Assembly (NCBI GenBank): GCA_018222915.1
Contig: JAAEZI010000001.1
Span: 1 to 64,000 of the forward strand
Length of the DNA: 64,000 bases
DNA from: Algicola sp.
Lineage (GTDB): Bacteria > Bacteroidota > Bacteroidia > Flavobacteriales > Flavobacteriaceae
Direction: 5' to 3'
The notes beneath the pieces are model-generated. The model was not told the origin of the DNA. It searched no databases and saw nothing but the letters and a program-made list of their open reading frames with translations. Of the stretch, positions 60,382-64,000 are shown piece after piece (positions within the stretch are counted from its first letter, which is position 1; the number at the start of each line of letters is the position of its first letter). The position numbers and the translations under genes were made by a program.

Positions 60382-61689
60382 TTATTTTAGAATGGTAAAC
60401 TTTACCTGTTTGATTCGTTTTTTATCAATGGCTTCAATAGTAAAAACGTAATTTTTAAAATTTATTTTACTATGACGTCTCGGGAATATCCCAGAGATTT
60501 CTAATACAAAACCTGCAATCGTTTCTGCTTCTCCTTTGTAATCCTCAAAATCAGATTCGTCCTCCAGTTTTATAATTTTATAAAAATCCTTTAATGTGGT
60601 CTTTCCTTCAAAGGAGTAATTGTAGTCATCAATTTTCGTAAACACGACATCGTCGTCGTCAAACTCATCACTAATGTCGCCTACAATCTCTTCGATGACA
60701 TCTTCCAAAGAGACCACACCAGAAGTACCACCATACTCGTCCACTACAATAGCTAGATGGACTTTCTTTTCTTGAAATTCGACCATGAGGTCGTCCAGTT
60801 TTTTATTTTCAGGTACAAAGAAGGGATCACGAAGTAGAGTCGTCCAATCAAACTGCTTTCTTTCAATATAAGGCAACAGGTCTTTGATATATAAAATACC
60901 CGTCACATTGTCTATACTGTCTTTGTAAACAGGAATCCGCGAGTAGCCATTTTTAATAACTTCTGGGATGATATCAATGTATTTGGTATCCTCATTTAGT
61001 GCAAAAATATCTATTCTAGGTCGCATCACTTGTTTGGTGTCTGTGTTACCAAAGGATACGATACCTTGGAGGATTTTATGTTCTTCTACTGTGGTATCAC
61101 CATCTGTGGTAAGTTCTAATGCTTGGGATAATTGATCCACACTAAGATTGGATTTTTGTTTTCCTAATTTATTATGAATACCCAATGTAATGCTGCGCAT
61201 AGGTAAACTAATAGGTGAAAAAATGACATCTAAAACTTTTAATGGAACAGCCATAAAAAGAGAGAATTTCTCTCTATTTCTACTCGCATATATCTTTGGG
61301 ATGATTTCTCCGAAGAGTAGAATTAAAAAAGTAATGACTACAACCTCCAATAAGAATCTTGCCCAAGCAATCTGTACATTCTCGAATAAAGTTTCTCCTA
61401 AGTAGGCAAACAAAATAACAATGCCAATATTGATAAAGTTGTTGGCAACAAGAATGGTGGCTAGTAGCTTTTTCGGTCGACGTAATAATCTTGAAATGAT
61501 CTCAAATTTAGACGCATTCGTTTCCAATCCAACATCAATATCAGATTTGGTAAGCGAGAATAAGGCGACTTCAGCACCAGAAATTAACGCCGAACACATC
61601 AATAAAACAAGAAGTAAAACCAACCCGAAAGCAAAAGAAGCGTCTAGGTTGAGTGTGGTGATTATTAAACTCGTGGGCTCAGGATCCAA
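60382..61689 (-). CDS. gldE: Gliding-motility protein GldE (CNNM/DUF21 TM domain plus 2 CBS plus CorC_HlyC), apparently with a TTG start.
   Basis: DUF21 TM region (GLVLLLVLLMCSALISGAEVALFSL), CBS pair, C-terminal transporter-associated domain. The codon at 61689 is TTG, the first ATG falls inside TM1, and an in-frame stop lies just upstream. Confidence 0.8.
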   Translation of the reverse strand: MDPEPTSLIITTLNLDASFAFGLVLLLVLLMCSALISGAEVALFSLTKSDIDVGLETNASKFEIISRLLRRPKKLLATILVANNFINIGIVILFAYLGETLFENVQIAWARFLLEVVVITFLILLFGEIIPKIYASRNREKFSLFMAVPLKVLDVIFSPISLPMRSITLGIHNKLGKQKSNLSVDQLSQALELTTDGDTTVEEHKILQGIVSFGNTDTKQVMRPRIDIFALNEDTKYIDIIPEVIKNGYSRIPVYKDSIDNVTGILYIKDLLPYIERKQFDWTTLLRDPFFVPENKKLDDLMVEFQEKKVHLAIVVDEYGGTSGVVSLEDVIEEIVGDISDEFDDDDVVFTKIDDYNYSFEGKTTLKDFYKIIKLEDESDFEDYKGEAETIAGFVLEISGIFPRRHSKINFKNYVFTIEAIDKKRIKQVKFTILK

Positions 61690-61714
61690 GGTAAATAATT
61701 TAAGTTTGGTTTAG

Positions 61715-62164
61715 TTAAAATGGTAAGTCATCGTTATCCTCAGTCACCGGTTGCGAATTCGATCCGTTGCCACCTTGATTCTGAGTTGGCGAATGCGATG
61801 TATTTTCTTGACTTCCCTGACTTTCACTTTTAGTGGTTAAAAAGGTAAAATCTGTACATTGGATTTCAGTAGAGTAGCGATCTGCACCTTTATCATCCTG
61901 CCATTTTCTGGTTTTTAAGCGACCCTCAATGTAAACTTTGTCACCTTTTGATAAATATTTTTCGCAAATTTCTGCCGCTTTATTTCGAACCACAATATTG
62001 TGCCATTCAGTATTGGTGACACGTTCATTAGTTTGCTTATTCGTATAGGTTTCATTCGTTGCCAAAGGGAATCGGCCAACACAATTGCCGCCATCAAAAT
62101 AATGCATCTTTACTTCATCTCCTAAATGCCCAATAAGCATCACTTTATTCAATGTTCCTGACAT
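61715..62164 (-). CDS. ssb: Single-stranded DNA-binding protein.
   Basis: OB-fold N-terminus (NKVMLIGHLGDEV), Gly/Gln/Ser-rich linker, acidic C-terminal tip DDLPF. Confidence 0.9.
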   Translation of the reverse strand: MSGTLNKVMLIGHLGDEVKMHYFDGGNCVGRFPLATNETYTNKQTNERVTNTEWHNIVVRNKAAEICEKYLSKGDKVYIEGRLKTRKWQDDKGADRYSTEIQCTDFTFLTTKSESQGSQENTSHSPTQNQGGNGSNSQPVTEDNDDLPF

Positions 62165-62241
62165 AATCGTTTTTGTTTAAGATGACAAAATTAAGCATTT
62201 TGAAATCACTGTATTAAAAGTATGAAAAAATTATGAGTTAT

Positions 62242-63288
62242 TTAAGGGCTTAAATCAAATGCTTCTATAAAGTTACTGATTAAAATAGGTGTTGGGTACC
62301 TGTTTATTTCTGAAATAGGAATGCCCTGTTTTGGGAGTTTGGGCATAGTAATAATCCAAAATTTTGTAAACAAATGCTGATGCGATAATTTATGTACAAT
62401 AGGTTCACTATTATATAAACTGTATTGAAAGTCTGTGTCTTTAAAGAATGACTGAACCTGCCTATGACTTTTAAAAGCATCGATGTCGATTGGCCTTTCT
62501 GTCTCAATTAATGGAAACTGATAAAGGTTTTGCCAAATACCTTTGGAACGCCTTTTTTCAAAAAGAATCTGTCCATGATCAGAAATCACTACCAAAAAGT
62601 TAAAATGTTTCTTAGCGACTTTAGTTTTCTTGAGTTTCACAGGTAATTCTGAAATGCTCCCTTTTTGTAGAGCTTGACAACTATGCTTAAGCGGACAAAC
62701 GGTACAATCAGGATTACTTGGCTTACATTGTATAGCGCCAAATTCCATAATCGCTTGATTGTAATCACCAGGATGCTGCTCATCTATTAAGGTACTTGCC
62801 AAGGCTTTAAACTCTTTGATACCTTTTGTTGAATTAATAGGTGTGTCAATACCAAAATAGCGTGATAAAACACGGTAGACATTCCCATCAACAACTGCAC
62901 AAGGTTCATCAAAGCATATTGAGGCAACGGCACTTGCGGTATAATCACCAACACCTTTCAATTTTAAAAGATCGTTATACGTGTTAGGAAATATGCCATG
63001 GAGTTCGTTTACAATGAACTTGGCTGAAGCGTGTAAATTTCGAGCTCTAGAGTAATAACCTAAGCCTTGCCAAAGTTTTAAAACGGACTCTTCAGGAGCC
63101 TTAGCAAGATCAAAAACGGTCGGGAATTGGGTAACAAATGCTTCATAATAGGGTAAACCTTGCTTAACTTGGGTTTGCTGCATGATGATTTCCGATAACC
63201 AAATATGATAGGGGTTTTTAGTAGATCGCCATGGTAAGCTTCGTTTATTTGCTGAATACCAGCGTGTTAAAATTTCTGTAAAATTCAT
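62242..63288 (-). CDS. mutY: A/G-specific adenine DNA glycosylase.
   Basis: HhH-GPD with a 4Fe-4S cluster loop (CKPSNPDCTVCPLKHSC) and a C-terminal NUDIX-like domain. Confidence 0.9.
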   Translation of the reverse strand: MNFTEILTRWYSANKRSLPWRSTKNPYHIWLSEIIMQQTQVKQGLPYYEAFVTQFPTVFDLAKAPEESVLKLWQGLGYYSRARNLHASAKFIVNELHGIFPNTYNDLLKLKGVGDYTASAVASICFDEPCAVVDGNVYRVLSRYFGIDTPINSTKGIKEFKALASTLIDEQHPGDYNQAIMEFGAIQCKPSNPDCTVCPLKHSCQALQKGSISELPVKLKKTKVAKKHFNFLVVISDHGQILFEKRRSKGIWQNLYQFPLIETERPIDIDAFKSHRQVQSFFKDTDFQYSLYNSEPIVHKLSHQHLFTKFWIITMPKLPKQGIPISEINRYPTPILISNFIEAFDLSP

Positions 63289-63373
63289 TTAAAAGTCTAA
63301 ATATTTACAAAAATAAATCTTTACAAGGTTAAATTTTAATTAATTACGCTTGAAATATTGAAATTAAATTACC

Positions 63374-63381
63374 TATATTTG
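63374..63381 (+). promoter_or_regulatory. Candidate -7 box TATATTTG, with cTTG 21 nt upstream, for hup.
   Basis: Matches TAnnTTTG; 42 nt upstream of ATG 63423. Confidence 0.3.
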
Positions 63382-63422
63382 CAACCCTTATAATTAATAG
63401 ATAACCCTAAAAATTAATAACA

Positions 63423-63713
63423 ATGACAAAAGCTGATATAGTAGCGAAGATTTCTGATAAATTAGGAATTGAAAAAGGAGATGTACAAGCAACAGTTGAA
63501 ACATTTATGGAAGAAGTTAAATCTTCTTTAGAAGGTGGAGATAATGTATACTTAAGAGGTTTCGGAAGTTTTATCGTTAAGACTAGAGCTGAAAAAACAG
63601 GACGTAACATTTCAAAAAATACAACGATAAAAATACCTGCACACAATATACCTGCATTTAAACCTGCTAAAGTATTTGTTGAAGGTGTTAAAACTAACGT
63701 TGAAGTCAACTAA
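63423..63713 (+). CDS. hup: HU-family DNA-binding protein.
   Basis: MTKADIVAKISDKLGIEKGDV ... GFGSFIVKTRAEKTGRN, the canonical HU beta-arm. Confidence 0.9.
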   Translation: MTKADIVAKISDKLGIEKGDVQATVETFMEEVKSSLEGGDNVYLRGFGSFIVKTRAEKTGRNISKNTTIKIPAHNIPAFKPAKVFVEGVKTNVEVN

Positions 63714-63754
63714 ACATATTATAAAACAAATATTAATTTAAAAAAGACTTATTT

Positions 63755-63844
63755 ATGCCAAGTGGTAAAAAAAGAAAAAGACACAAGGTAGCGACGCATA
63801 AGCGTAAAAAACGTAGACGCGCTAATCGTCACAAAAAGAAATAA
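63755..63844 (+). CDS. Unlisted 29-codon ORF encoding an extremely basic peptide, MPSGKKRKRHKVATHKRKKRRRANRHKKK. It is below the track size cut-off.
   Basis: ATG 63755 to TAA 63842. About 70% Lys/Arg/His. Followed 3 nt later by a perfect hairpin terminator. Coding status unproven. Confidence 0.35.
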   Translation: MPSGKKRKRHKVATHKRKKRRRANRHKKK

Positions 63845-63846
63845 AT

Positions 63847-63880
63847 TAAGAAAAGTAGTTTTTTAACTACTTTTCTTAAT
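63847..63880 (+). terminator. Hairpin terminator after the small basic ORF.
   Basis: aagaaaagtagtt / aactacttttctt perfect 13-bp inverted repeat around ttt, then aatttt. Confidence 0.55.
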
Positions 63881-64000
63881 TTTAACAACAACGTTCTTTG
63901 ATATAGAATTCATGAAATTATTGCGTTTACCTTCGCAATACATGAGTTTGCTGGATTATATATCCTGTGTCAAAATAAAGTAATATCCATCTATTTTGAA

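Overview
This 64 kb window looks like a core chromosomal segment of a Flavobacteriaceae-type Bacteroidetes genome. It is AT-rich (roughly mid-30s % GC by eye), has no Shine-Dalgarno sequences, and several intergenic regions carry TAnnTTTG -7 boxes. It also carries the gldD-gldE-ssb-mutY synteny known from Flavobacterium. Coding density is high, with about 60 genes, and almost all are housekeeping. The recognisable blocks are: a biotin cluster (bioB, then bioF-DUF2007-bioD-bioA with a FabF-like KAS nearby); a LexA-like repressor divergent from a dnaE2/Y-family polymerase mutagenesis operon; atpDC; two TonB-dependent receptor plus lipoprotein operons; glmS/DUF4270/glgA-like; panCD; radA; ileS-dksA-lspA; a RimK/DUF785/AstE-AspA/MTHFS operon; uvrC; an aromatic amino-acid catabolic cluster (hmgA-hppD-kynA); pgi; gldDE-ssb-mutY; and hup. 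I found no tRNA or rRNA genes, CRISPR arrays, IS elements or phage genes. I found no clear-cut novel defence or mobile system in this window. The most unusual sequence-level signals are three independent tandem duplications: a 114-bp in-frame duplication inside kynA whose copies differ only by synonymous changes, a perfect 16-bp duplication that splits a TBDR-associated lipoprotein, and a 35-bp imperfect duplication that breaks a small secreted protein. There is also a 17-bp perfect palindrome between the divergent lexA-like and dnaE2 promoters, and a RimK-M14-retropepsin-MTHFS operon that could be a cofactor or peptide alpha-glutamylation system. The ORF track uses TTG/GTG as well as ATG starts, so I revised several starts to internal ATGs.
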